A DNA stretch of 64,000 nt from Octopus vulgaris (Eukaryota). The notes beneath the pieces are model-generated. The model saw only the letters and a program-made list of their open reading frames with translations, made no database searches and had not been told where the DNA came from. The first letter of the stretch is position 1; the number at the start of each line of letters is the position of its first letter. The stretch spans positions 195,858,001-195,922,000 of the forward strand of contig OX597815.1 of assembly GCA_951406725.2 (NCBI GenBank). Reading direction: 5' to 3'. The translations under genes and the position numbers were made by a program. This document shows positions 50,586 through 63,694 of the stretch, piece after piece.

Positions 50586-52510
50586 TTTGGTAGTGATGGT
50601 TTTTTTTTATTACAGCGCCGTGATTTACAGTCCTGTAAATAATTATAATGGTATTTTTATATAAACTTTAAGCTTTCATAAAAATACCATTCATATATGT
50701 GGGTGTGTTTACTTCACCGTAACTTAGAGTTTGCCAGCATGCCCCGGCAAACCCATCCAGATTCTAGCGTGCCCTGGCAAACCCCTCCAGATTCTCTCCC
50801 AGAGCTTTCTTGCAAATGGCAAACTGCCAAGCGAGCTGAAGGAGGGAATAATATGCCCAATCTATAAAGGAGAGCAAATGCCAAAAACTATAGGCCTATC
50901 TCTCTGACTTCAAACATCAGCAAAGTTATGGAACGGATAGTCAGAGGGAAACTGATCGCATTCCTTGAAGAAAATAATTTGCTGAGTGATACCCAGCATG
51001 GCTTTTGACCAGGTAGGAGCGGCCTGACCCAGCTCTTGCAACATTATGACTGGGTCGTAAGGTAGTTACTTAACAACTCAAATGTGGACGTAATATACCT
51101 TGATTTTGCAAAAGCTTTCGACAAGGTGGATCATGGTATGATATGCCACAAACTGCGCGATCTTGGAATAGCTGGAAAACTTGGAGAGTGGTTACATGGC
51201 CTTTTGAAAGATAGGAGTCAGGCAGTAGTGGCTAATGGAGCCACCTCTATGAACACACAAATAGTGAGCGATGTTCCACAGGGCTGTGTCACGGGACCAC
51301 TGCTTTTTATAGTGGCCCTCACAGATATACCCTCAAGTGCCCGGATAGGCACCCTTGCAAGCTATGCAGATGATACGAAAGTCTCGCAGTAAATACAGAA
51401 CCCTAGCGATGTTGCACACCTGCAGTAGGGGTTGGACTCAATTTATAGATGGGCTGAGCATAATAATATGCAATTTAATGCTGAAAAATTCCAGGCCCTG
51501 CGCTTCCAGCAATCCAAACTGAATATGAAACTAACAGGGTACACTGGTCCACAGGGAATTTCAATCCCAGAGCCTAAATCAGTGAGGGACCTGGGTATCG
51601 ACATGAGTGAGGATACCTCTTTCCAAGTGCACATTACCAGGATGGCGACAAAATGCAGACAACTGGTTGGATGGCTCCTAAGAACATTCAGAACCAGAGA
51701 TAAGGAAACTATGATGGTCCTCTGGCGGACATTCGTCCTCAGCCGCCTGGATTACTGCTCACAGCTATGGTCGCCCTCCAGTGTTAAATTAAAAGAGGAC
51801 CTTGAAGCAATCCAGAGAAGATTCACAAAGAAGATCGTCTCTTTGCTACAGCTCGGCTACTGGGAAAGGTTGGAACAGCTAAGACTCTACTCCCTGGAGA
51901 GAAGACGGGAGAGGTATGCAGTAAGATATATCTGGAAGATCCTGGAAGGAATTATGCCAAATTTTGGCATTGAAAATTACACCAATGCCAGAACTGGACG
52001 ACACTGCATAGTGCCAAAGATCCCAGCAACACCATCGCGCTTCAGGAACAGTTACTGCAACAGCCTGGGTTTCAAGGGACCACAGCTTTCTAATATTCTA
52101 AGAGCTTGAGGAGCCTGCACAAAGTAGATGTAGGGGGTTTTAAATCAAAGCTGAACCTATTCCTGTCGAGAGTCCCAGATGAACCTACATCACGGCATGA
52201 GGTGCAAATGAGGATAGCTACATCAAACTCCATTCCTCACCAAGTGCTACATGTTACAGGAGGCTCTCAGTAATAACAGTGTAGCAAAACTGCGGTGCAT
52301 CAGCATGGCCGCAGCTCTGAGTTGAAACTAGAGAAAAAAAAAGAAATATATATATATACGAAACCTCTACCAGTTTGCCTCTACCAAATCCACTCACAAG
52401 TCGGGCCAAGGCCATTGTAGAAGACAGATTCCGAAGGTGCCACGCAGTGGGACATAACCCGGAACCATATGGTTGGGAAGCAAACTTCTTACCCTGCAGC
52501 CACACCTGCG
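50355..52510 (-). mobile_element. SINE-A split by a LINE insertion (3' half 50355-50510, 5' half 52350-52510)
   Basis: Complementary halves of one family A consensus on either side of the LINE. Confidence 0.7.
50737..52345 (+). mobile_element. Second CR1/L2-group LINE, 5'-truncated and decayed
   Basis: ORFs 51084..51392 and 51432..52109 are homologous to the 784-aa ORF, with stops and frameshifts; same 3' tail motif; about 30-bp tandem duplication at the 5' junction. Confidence 0.93.
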
Positions 52511-53018
52511 ATATATAAATATATACATACATTAAACACATAACTATCCGGATTTAAATCATTAGCGGAAGCTATTCCTCCGCTACCATCGCCGGAACTG
52601 CCAGATCACTTGATTTCACCTTTTCTTAGCCTTGTCAATGGCAATCACCTGTGGCTACAGATAACAGTGGTAAACATGCTTCTATCACTATAAATTATAT
52701 TTTGATAATCCCATTGGCCGTTTGTGACACCACTGTCTGAATAGACATTGAGAATCTGTGTATATCGCTGACGGGGGATTTGTTACTATCTCTAGCCACG
52801 GATGTCTGCGACTGACAAGTCAAAGGAAGACCAGAATGCCGTGATATGCAAGTTCTAACAGTGGTAGCAGATGAGTGTCTCTCGCTAGCGTTATAAACAT
52901 GAGTGCGTATATGCACCGCAAGTCCATATGAGAGGCTCTCTTATGGTAAATAACACAGTATTCTCGAGCACAACATTCACATTTAAGTGGGGATAAATAT
53001 TACCATTGCTATTACTAT

Positions 53019-53220
53019 TGTGTCTCTGTTTGTCACTCACCAGCGCTTGAGATCCGGTGCTGGTGTGTTTACGTCCTTGAAACTTAGTGGCTCGGGAAAA
53101 ACATGTTAGAGTAAGTGCCAAGCTTTAAAATGTATTGGGCTCAGTTCATTTGACTAAATATTATTAAAGGCTGTGCACCAGCGTAGCTAGAGTCAATTGA
53201 GTGAAACAAGTTAGATAATA
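53019..53220 (+). mobile_element. Old SINE-A 3' half
   Basis: gctggtgtgtttacgtcc...gaaacaagt. Confidence 0.7.
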
Positions 53221-53261
53221 GACATATACACAGACACACATATATATATATATGTGTGTGT

Positions 53262-53306
<45 letters not shown>

Positions 53307-53591
53307 CCAAATATTACATGAGAATATTATAGAATAATGGAAGGACAGATATAATTTTCATGCAAATACATTCATGTATCCGAGCACATTCACACAAATA
53401 AATACATGCTTCTCGAACAAAGCAAGGTGTATTTACCACGGTTCTTTAAGAGACTATACCTATACCTGTTGATTAGTTCATGATTCAAGCCAGAACTTCG
53501 GTTGCATATGACTAGTGGAAAGCAATGCTAAATAGAGAGGAAATGTTTTAAAATATTAGGTGAGAAATTATGTATGTATAAATACGTTTGC

Positions 53592-53628
<37 letters not shown>

Positions 53629-53731
53629 TGTATGTATGTATATATATTTTATGTATATGTATATATATATGCATATATATGCACACGTATATACATATAT
53701 ATATGCGTGCGTGTATACGTGTGTATATACG

Positions 53732-53798
<67 letters not shown>

Positions 53799-53932
53799 TT
53801 ATATGCGTGTGTATGTATGTACGTGTGTATGTATATATATATATATATATATATGCATATGTATGTATATATGTATTGTATGTATGTATGAATATGAGTG
53901 TGTGTTTGTGTGTGTATAAAATATTAAGTACA

Positions 53933-54026
<94 letters not shown>

Positions 54027-54444
54027 ATGTGTGTGTACGTGTACACATAAAAGAGAGAGATGGAGGGAGTATCAAAGAAAACCATGAGATCGAGGTTTTA
54101 GGTAATTTGCGATTGTCGAGATAAGATTAAGCAACTGTGAATGCTAGAATCTTTGTATATATCAGAAACAAACTCCTGCTCTGAATTTCAAGCATCGTTT
54201 AACACCTGGACTACAGGGATTCTTTACGTACGTAGTGGTTCTTTCGATGTTAGTATGGAAAATAAATGTTTATTCGACGATGCCTCGCAGCAGATGTATT
54301 GAGACTTTTAATGATGATGTATATCTGATTGTAAGAGCGTGTGTGTCCATATGGGTATGTTATTTCTAGAATATCGATCAATCTGACATGAATAATATTT
54401 GTTAATAGTAATAGCGATACCTATAAAAACATAAGAACAGCATC

Positions 54445-54495
<51 letters not shown>

Positions 54496-55048
54496 TGCCC
54501 TGATGTAGTACCAGGCAGTAGTTCTCGCTGCTTCTGATCTTAACTGATTGGACGTGTTATCATGTACATTGGTTTGTCTTGGTATAAAGATGGGCTACAG
54601 CAAATATTCTCCTCAATAACACAGATTTGCTTGTCAGTTGTTTGACCTTGACCAGTTAAGCATGTCCCTTAGTGGCTGACGATATGTGCATCTCTGACCA
54701 CGAACAGAAGTTGTGGGGGAGCATCATAGCCATGTGTTGAGAGGGATTCTTGGAGGTTTGGATAATTCACCTTTGGAAACGTTGTTGGGTCGTTCAACAT
54801 TCTTAAACAATCTTTATTCAGGGATCTTTTGAGCGGGATGGGTTACTCGACAAGACGAAAATTCTCACTGGGTCCCACCTGCAAGGTCATGTACTGTTCA
54901 TCTTGATATGAGATCACCATGTCGTGCACATATGATTGTGATTCAGGTGCCTGCTGTACCATTATCAGACGGGTAGTCATGATGGGTACACTGGGCTTCG
55001 TATATTTTACCCCAGTGTCACTTTGATGGCATGCACTGCTCTCTCACT
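54496..55048. mobile_element. Unclassified ~550-bp non-coding insert bounded by (AAT)n
   Basis: Sharp (AAT)n boundaries on both sides, higher GC than background, no ORF. Confidence 0.5.
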
Positions 55049-55060
55049 TAATAATAATAA

Positions 55061-55458
55061 GGTGGTAATGGCATAGACAGTAGACGAACTAAACAGATTA
55101 AGCAGTAATACAAGGAAGTTGCCGACTAGATATGGGATATTGCACCCTAAAAGTGAGTGTACGTACCAATTAAAAGATTGGAAAGAGAACTGATGATAAA
55201 CAGTAAGGTATGTGAAAAAATGCCACACAACCGCTATTATTGGATGTAAGTGGCCTAGGATGGAAGATTGCAAAGATAAACTACTGTACAATAACTTGAG
55301 AACGAAAGAAACTGAAAATCGGTGGGTAAAGGAAATAATGTATGATCAATTTCATACGGATGTTGCTGATAAGACAGAGATAAAAGATGGCTATGGATGA
55401 CTAAAAGTGATTTAAAACCGAAAACGGAGGCTCTAATCTGTGCTGCCCAAGGGCAAGC

Positions 55459-55459
<1 letters not shown>
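55061..55459 (+). pseudogene. R4/Dong-type LINE fragment (second subfamily)
   Basis: TVDELNRLSSNTRKL...LHPKSE and WLWMTKSDLKPKTEALICAAQGQA parallel the MHHPKSD and WLRSSGLKAETEGFLIAAQDQSL of the adjacent element. Confidence 0.75.
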
Positions 55460-55531
<72 letters not shown>

Positions 55532-55549
55532 TGATGATGATGATGATAA

Positions 55550-55628
<79 letters not shown>

Positions 55629-55631
<3 letters not shown>

Positions 55632-58600
55632 TAGTTTTATTTTTATAGCGTGCTTTCACTTCACTACCGAGCGCAGCTCTGTGTGCCTTGGGTATGTGCT
55701 GTGATTTGTTGTGATGCTCTGATGGTTATTGTATGGAAAGTGTTCTGCGTAGGATGTGTGCAGTGCCTAGTAGTGCAATTTTCTGTATGTTATATGTGTT
55801 TGTAAGTCCTGGTGTTTTTGTTATGCGTTTTGTCTGAATAATTTTTTATCATGCCTAATGCACCTACTATGATAGGAATTGTTTCTGTTTTTAGATTCAA
55901 CCATTCTGGTTACCTCTATTTCCAGGTCTTTGTATTTTGAAAGCTTCTCCATTTCTTTTAGAGAAACGTTGTCATCTGCCGGTATTGATACATCTATTAG
56001 AAAGCATTTTTTTTCTTCATGATCTCTGACAACTATATCTGGTCTGTTGGCCTTAATTTCTCTATCTGTGTGTATCGGCATATCCCAGAGTATGGTTGCT
56101 TTCTCGTTTTCTGTGACCTTTTCTGGTGTGTGCCAATACCATCTTTTTTCCGTTGTTATTCCACAATGTTGGCATAGCTTCCAGTGTATGTAGGTTCCAA
56201 CTCTGTCATGTCTGTGAATATATTCCTTCTTAGCAAGGACTGGGCAGCCAGAGATAATATGATTTATTGTTTCTTGTCCATCTCCACATATTCTGCAGTT
56301 ACTTGTTATATTTCTTTTCATTACATGTTTTTGGTAATTTTTGGTGGGGAGGCTTTGGTCTTGTGCTGCAATTAAAAATCCCTCTGTCTCTGCTTTGAGT
56401 CCTGAGCTTCTCAACCATTGCTGGGATTTTTCTTTGTCTATTTCTTTTGCGTTTAGTTTAGTCCAGTATTGACCATGAAGGGGCTTTTCTTGCCATCGTT
56501 TTATCATGGTTCGTTGCTGTTCTATTTTTAGTTTGGATTTCATTTGTTTTATAGCTTTTGTTGTTTCTTAATCTTCTTCTTCTTCTTCTTCATATTTATT
56601 AGGTGGTATGATTTCTTGTTTGTATTTGTCAGCTTCCTTAAATACTGAGAACAGTTTCTTTGTTTTGCTCGTGTTTTGCCGCTATTTGTATCAGTTTTCC
56701 TTCCTTCTGAAGTAGATATTTTTGCAGTCCTATGGTGGTTATTTTATAGTAGTTTTCCAGCTGTATAAGGCCTCCGCCATCTTTTATACTTTGTATATAT
56801 AGTCTTTCTATGTCAGATTTTGGATGATGCATCCTAGATCCTGTAATTATTTTTCTTGTTTTCCTATCTATTTTGGTCAGTTCATTTAGTGTCCAGTTAA
56901 GGACATTGTAGCTGTAACTTATAACTGGGACAGCTAAAGTGTTAATACCTATTATCTTGTTTTTAGCATTGAGCTTTGTTTCTAGTATTGATCTAACTCG
57001 TCTATAATATTCTTTTTTTTATTTTCACTTTCATTTGTGTGTGTTGTGTCTTATCTAGTTCATGGATTCCTAAGTATTTGTGAGTTTGGCTTTGGTCTAG
57101 TTCTTTTATTTCATTGGTTTTATCTAGTGAGATGTTGCTACTCTTAACTAGTTTTCCTCTTTTAATGGTTACTTTGGCGCATTTTTCTAATCCAAATTTC
57201 ATATCTATTTCTTTGGTAAATCCATGAACTGTCTTTAATAGTGTTTCCAGCTGTTTGTCATTTGCAGCGTATAGTTTTAGGTCATCCTATAAAAGGTGGC
57301 TGATCGTTTTGCCGTAACATTTATATCCGCATCCAGTTCTATTTAGCATATCAGATAGAGGTGACAGTGCCAAGCAGAAAAGGAGTGGAGAGAGCGTGTC
57401 TCCCTGGAATATTCCTCTCCTAATGGGGATGGTTTTGGTTTTCATGAGTCCCTCTTTTGTTTGGAGGTGTAGGACTGTTTGCCATTTATTCATAGAGTGC
57501 CCTATAAATTTTATAATTGTTGGTTCTACTTTGTTAATGGCTAGTATTTCGAGGATCCATGTGTGGGGGATGCTATCAAATGCCTTTTTGTAGTCGATCC
57601 AGGCCATACTGAGGCCTTTCTTCTTTCTGTGGCTGTCTTCAGTTATGGCTTTATTAATCATTAGTTGATCTTTACAGCCATATGAGCCTTTGCGGCATCT
57701 TTTCTGCTCTTCTGGAAATAGGTTGTTTTCGTCCAGGTGATTGTTCAACCTTTGTGATATAACTGCAGTAAATGCCTTGTACATTGTAGGGAGACAGGTT
57801 TTTGGTCTGTAGTTTTCTGGTTTTTTTGTCTCATTTGATTTGGGAATTAAGATGGTTTTCTCCTTCGTGAGCCATTCAGGCGTTGTCTCTGGCTCTGCTA
57901 GTATGTTGTTAAAGTTTTCAGCCAGCTTTTTGTGCATTCCTGTTAGATATTTCAACCAGAAGTTGGGGATCTTGTCATGCCCAGGTGCCTTCCAGTTGCT
58001 TAGTCTTTGCATTGCCTGGGTGACCTCTTCAGTTGTTATGCGGGTCCAAAGTTGCTCAGATGCTGAATTTGTGGCTTTAATACTCCTTTTTTTGTGTTGT
58101 TCGTTCGCCGATCATATTTGTCTCCAGAATTCTTCCACTTCTTCTGCCCTTGGTGCTGTAGTGATTTTTATTTTATTTTTGCTAAGTTCTTGGTAGTACT
58201 TTTTGGGGTTGGAGTTGAACTTTTTGTTTTGTTCAAAGAAGCGCTGGCGTTTCTCGTACCGGCGGATCCTTTGTGTTTTGGCAAGGATATCTTGCTTCAG
58301 CTTTTCTTTTATCTCAGGTAAATCTTTTTCTGTGATGTTATATTTGCGGAGTATTTTTGTTTTCTTTTTGTTGCTCAGTAGCGTTGATTGTCTACTGACT
58401 TCATTAAAAATCGACAGATCTTTTCTCATTTTTTGTCTTGCTTTGGATGTTATTTATCCACAGGGTATGTTTGGGTGGTGGTACTCCTGTTTGGATGGGT
58501 TTGAGTGAGTATCCAGCTTCTTTTGTGGCTGCAGTTGCTGCTGCGTATACTAAGTCATTTAGCTCAGTGATATCGCTTTTTGTTTCAGTGGCTATTAGTT

Positions 58601-59141
58601 CCGTGACGGCTAGGTTTATGCTGTTTATAATTGGTGTTGTTGTTTCGTCTATTTTGATTTTTGGGATTTATGGTCGGTGGTCCATTTTGAGCTCTGTGGT
58701 TTTCAGTTCTTTGATTATTTTACTTTTTATATTATCATAATCATTAGGCTCTCCTTCGTTGTTTCCAGGTTTTAGATTTGTGTCGCTTTCTTTCTTATTT
58801 ATATGTTTGTTTGCCGTGTTTTGGCTTGCTGTTTGTCGTGTATTATTATGCATCCTTATGGTCTGGGTTTGTTGTTTTTTGTTTACATCGTGTTTGTTGG
58901 GAATGTTACGTTTGTCTTCGTGTTTTACTGTTTCAATGTTTATATTATTGGGCATTGTTGTGTGGCTTCTATCTACATTTTCCTGGTGTATTTTTTCTTT
59001 TAGATGTTCTATTTCTATTTCTGATATTTTTTTGCGTTGAGAATGTATCGTCGTACGTTAGCTAGTTTATTAGGGTTCATTGCTGTATCCAAGTCCTTCC
59101 ATATTGCTGTATCCATTTTCCTTCCATATTTTATTTGTATG

Positions 59142-59143
<2 letters not shown>
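55629..59143 (-). mobile_element. R4/Dong-clade non-LTR retrotransposon (RT plus restriction-like endonuclease), decayed
   Basis: ORF pieces with KAPGHD, WIDYKKAFDSIPH, GIFQGDTLSPLLF, a disrupted YMDD, CRICG...ETINHIISGC, RHD, RPDIV, IDVS, KYKDL; (TAA)n on both ends. Confidence 0.93.
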
Positions 59144-59213
<70 letters not shown>

Positions 59214-59629
59214 GTTGGTGGTGGTGATGGTGGTTTCTGAACAATTTTCAGCGGTCCATAAATCGTAGACAACTCAATGGCACGTTAGGCACTATGTGCC
59301 GCTATATTTTTACATTCCTGTTTTTAAATTCATCGGTAGTAAAATCATGTCAAATTCAAATTTACCAATGATTTTAGAAAAATAGGCAGGCCATACACGT
59401 GTTTCGATCCACCAAAATCAGGGTGACCTAGATGACGAGTTTCTGGAAAGTGCCAGATTTTTCATATTCAGTCATGGAAGAAAGACTTGAAACTATCTGA
59501 ATATGATGTGACATACGTGGAATCTGATCTAAGATATCGTCAATGACAACACGTCTTGACTGGTGAATATTTCGATAACAAGTGGTCGCCAACGACAAAA
59601 CGAGTAGATTGGTGAAGAACATTCATAAA

Positions 59630-60019
59630 TCTTTATATATATAATGCTGAAGTTGTCTGTGTGTGGCAGGTTTGGTAGCCTTCAGCTAACACTATATCCT
59701 CCAAGACCCTGCGACGCAAGTTGACCAAAATTGAGAGTATGATAGAAGGCTTGCTCATCATTCCGTAGAAGAAAAAATTTAAATTGGACCATGTTAAGAC
59801 CAAATGTTATTTACATTGAAAAGGAACTTTTTATCTATGAATATCCCTATTTTTTTATGATTTTTTCACTGCTGTGTCGCCATTTTTCGGTGTATTTCAA
59901 CCAGAAAAATGTTCACTTAAAGAGTATAACAAGCTACATAAATCAAAATTTTTACTTTCCAAAAATTCCAATTCTAAATGGTCGAAACAAACCCGAGCAA
60001 TGCTGGGCGATACTGCTAG
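59630..60019 (+). mobile_element. Non-autonomous Helitron-like element, family H2-type ends
   Basis: A|TCtttatatata ... caaacccgagcaatgctgggcgatactgCTAG|T. Confidence 0.85.
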
Positions 60020-60678
60020 TTTATTTATATAAAAAGTGGCTTCAGATTTCTGATTTGGAACCCTCAGAATATATTATCTGCTGAATACTATACTTTGAAC
60101 CTCACAGTCACACGGCTGCACGGTGTTCAACATTTCTATGGAAAACTAAGGCTGGAATGCATTCACTCACTTAGCTTAACCATATTGAAGATTAGGTTTG
60201 AGTTACGTTTTATTGAATGATTTATTTACTCGTATTTCTTATTAGTGAAACATAGGCTTCGTTTCATCTGTTCTGTACTCACATTTATCAGAGTATTTTG
60301 CTTTTGTTCCTGTTTAACTTCGTATCAGAATGAGTGACTAATATGGGTGAGGTTAAGAAATGCATCCGAGTATATAGCGCTACCTTACACAATGTGTCCA
60401 AACAATGACAATATCAAAAGGAGTGGTTAGTCAACAAGTGGTAATGATCATAATGTGGGCTGTGAGGAACAAATAAATAATAGCGCTCAACAACAACCTT
60501 TATGTTTCTGCGTTATGTGTATGTATACTATTTATATACATATATATTTATACACAGGCATTTTTCAACATGCACACACATAGGCTCACACGCACACACA
60601 CATAAACATAAATACACATCGTCAAACACAGAATAACATGCTTTTTCATGTATCTAACTGTATATATGTATATATGTT

Positions 60679-60721
<43 letters not shown>

Positions 60722-60818
60722 GGAGTAAACACATAAATGTGAAACAAGGTGGAAAAAATAGTACTCAAATACCAGTGGTAGAGTAATATGCTTTATTTAA
60801 AGCAGCAGAAAATTCAAC

Positions 60819-60866
60819 AAAATCTGTTACTCTGAGCTTCTCGTTGCCGTTCATCAGACAGTTTTT
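60819..60866 (-). ncRNA. Minimal type I hammerhead motif (family 3) in the PLE 3' tail
   Basis: aaaactgt-CTGATGA-a-cg(gcaa)cg-a-GAAG-ctcagag-TA-acagatttt; stem I aaaa.ctgt/acag.tttt. Confidence 0.75.
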
Positions 60867-61780
60867 GCTAGAATGGAACCGATATATCAATTCAATCCAG
60901 ACTCTTACAAAGGCTACACCTTTAAAAAAATGGACTTGTTTGATTGGCCCTTTAGAAATAACGGTCAATCTTCAAGCGATAAACAAAAAATGAGCTCAAA
61001 AATATATGTATATATATATATATAAAAAAATTATAAAATTCGAGGAAAAAACCTTACATTAAATAAAATACATAGTGACGTTAATGAAGAAAATATAATT
61101 AGTGCATGGAAATTAAAACTTATTATAAATATTACACTGCAATACATATTCATATTAAAGTGTACATATATATATCAACATACACAGAAGGATGCGTACA
61201 AACGCCATACATATACAGACATATAAATATAAATCTAAAATATACACACAAATGCATGCATACATATATGTACGCAATCTATCTCGCACGCAAGTTAAAA
61301 TCATCGATGTAACGTTTCTTATTTACGTAGTAAAGCTTAAGTAAGGGGGACGTAAAGTTGTGTCAGTATCAGTTAGAGAAAAAACGAAAGAAAGGAAGAG
61401 AGAGAAAAAGGAACAAAGAAGGGGGAAGGAAAAAAGAAAAAGGAGGGGTGGGGAAAAAACGAAATAAGAAAAATTATGTATACAAGCTGTGTAACCGCAT
61501 TATTGACATATATGGAGACAATTATACAAATACACAAGTTCGAATGGATACATACACATACAGTCGTGTATGTGTGTGCTTAAGCACAAACATACGCTCA
61601 CTTACACAAACACATAGACGCATGCTTACAAATACATATCCATGGCTATACACATATTTACATCAAAATTCAAATTTTTGACAACATTGATTTTAAAAAA
61701 AAGGTGAGTGCAATAATGAAAAATATACAAAAGACATATAAAATATAACACCCTATTTTGGATCATCTATAAATTAAAAA

Positions 61781-63694
61781 TCAAGGTAATCCTATACAAT
61801 ACAATAACATGAAATAAACAAAGCCGAAGGTTTTTCCTAATGTATATGTAGAAATATAAACAAAATAAACAAAATATATGCATGAGACTTTGCTATACGG
61901 AATGAAATCTGCATAGCGCGAAACAAATCCATCGTCGCGCTTACATACTAGTCCAAGAGTCAAAATCAAAATTTCAAAAATCAAAAATACAAAATATATA
62001 CACTCTCCATATGGTATATTTATATTTGACATTTTAAATTTGGTTGCGTGTCTACATAAGTTCATTAGCTCACTTCTTTGATTCAAAGAATTATTGTCTT
62101 TGAATAAAATGTACAGTTTTTCTAATAGGCAAAGCTTGCATTTAAAATTATTTCTGTGTGCTCCATGCCTGTATGGTGGCGCTCTGTCCAGAATGCTCCA
62201 TGTCACGTTGAAAGGTGGGGTTTCCTTTTCTTTTAGTTCCCAGACATATTTTGCTAGGCTGGTCCTCGTCCTATTCTCTGGGTATCTAAATGAATTTTTA
62301 TGTGAATAAAATCGTGTTTTAAATGAATTTTCTGAAGCCCCTGTATATGTCTTGTATTCCGATGAGTCTTCTATTTGCACCTTGGCTCTATAAACTACTC
62401 CTTTCACTAGACATTTCCCTTCTAACGGACAGGAGTTTTCGTTTTTGGAATTGCATTTCTTAATGGGCTCGGCACCATGTCTAATCTCAATCAGATTCCT
62501 ATTATGCTGGCTAATGTAAGAGGCGAAATATCTGCAACAAGAATAGCTAACCTTCAGGGTTTTTCTATTAAATATCCTATAGAATTTATGGCCCTGCTTA
62601 AAATGCTTAGAGACTAATCTCAAAAATTCCTTACCTATATTAGTCTTTACGGCCAAATTGAAAGCCGGGTTGAACCACAAAACTTTCCTGGTCCTAGTTC
62701 TTCGTGCAGCATTATTATCAGCATTAAGCTGGTTGAACTGGATCTTCTCAGAAAATCCACTATTCTTTAATGCACTATCGTAATAAGGTGCAGCATTATG
62801 GAATGCTGCCTCGTCCGAAGAAATTGAAGATATTCTTCTACCTACATTGCTGACTAAGTTCCTAAGGATAACTGGTGGATGGTTCGAATCTTTGCTAATA
62901 TACGATAGCTTTTCATTGGGCTTACGGAAAGGTTTAAATCTATCCGACCTTACATTAAAATTTACGTCTGAAAAATCTACACTATTCAAGTTAGCATCTA
63001 TTGTAACCCGTAAGCCCATCCTTTGAAAGAAAGCAATAAGGTCCTTCCTAAGTCAATCTGATTCATGGCCGTTTAGATTATGCGTGGCTATAAGGCCGTC
63101 ATCCCTATATAAACCTGCATCTATAAATGGGAATTCTATTTTTAGATTATGGAGAATAAAGACTCCTATGAGCAAACATAACTCAGCCCCGTCGTATTCC
63201 CCCATCGGTACATCGAAAAGAGAATCCTCAGTCTTCTTAATCCAGGTGGAATCCTCGAAAAAAAGAAGCAATTTCCTCGCATGCATAATAATATCAATTT
63301 CCGAACTATTGATGTTGACATACTGCTTGGCGAAGTCCAATGCCCTTAGGAGCAACGTCCTAGATATTGACGGGTAAAAGTCAATAATGTCGAATTGTGT
63401 GAAACTACAATTATTCTTATAGCTAATACCTTTAAACCACTCTATGACTGACTTACTATTCTTCCAAATTCTCAAGTCTACTTCACTATCTAACTTAGCT
63501 AAAATACGGTCCAAAATATTTTTGCTAATAATTCCTATCTCAGTTTTAGCAGGATTTATCAATCTACATTTGGGGTTTCTATTAAAATTGGCTTTATGGT
63601 CTTTTAGAGTAATAAAAGCTGGTCGTGGTGAAAGATATTCAATCCTATCGCTAATCTTAAGATCGTTAGCTATTCCTCTTGCTTCTAAGTTCAC
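61781..63694 (-). pseudogene. PLE reverse transcriptase/GIY-YIG ORF, split by one in-frame TGA
   Basis: ORFs 63053..63694 and 61781..63019 are in the same frame, joined by ESD*LRKDLIAFFQRM; a further lesion lies near 63843. Confidence 0.88.

Noticed and set aside
61781-62020. Hydrophobic C-terminal extension of the PLE ORF
   Set aside because: Probably read-through into T-rich 3' UTR after the conserved CRH motif, not a real transmembrane domain.
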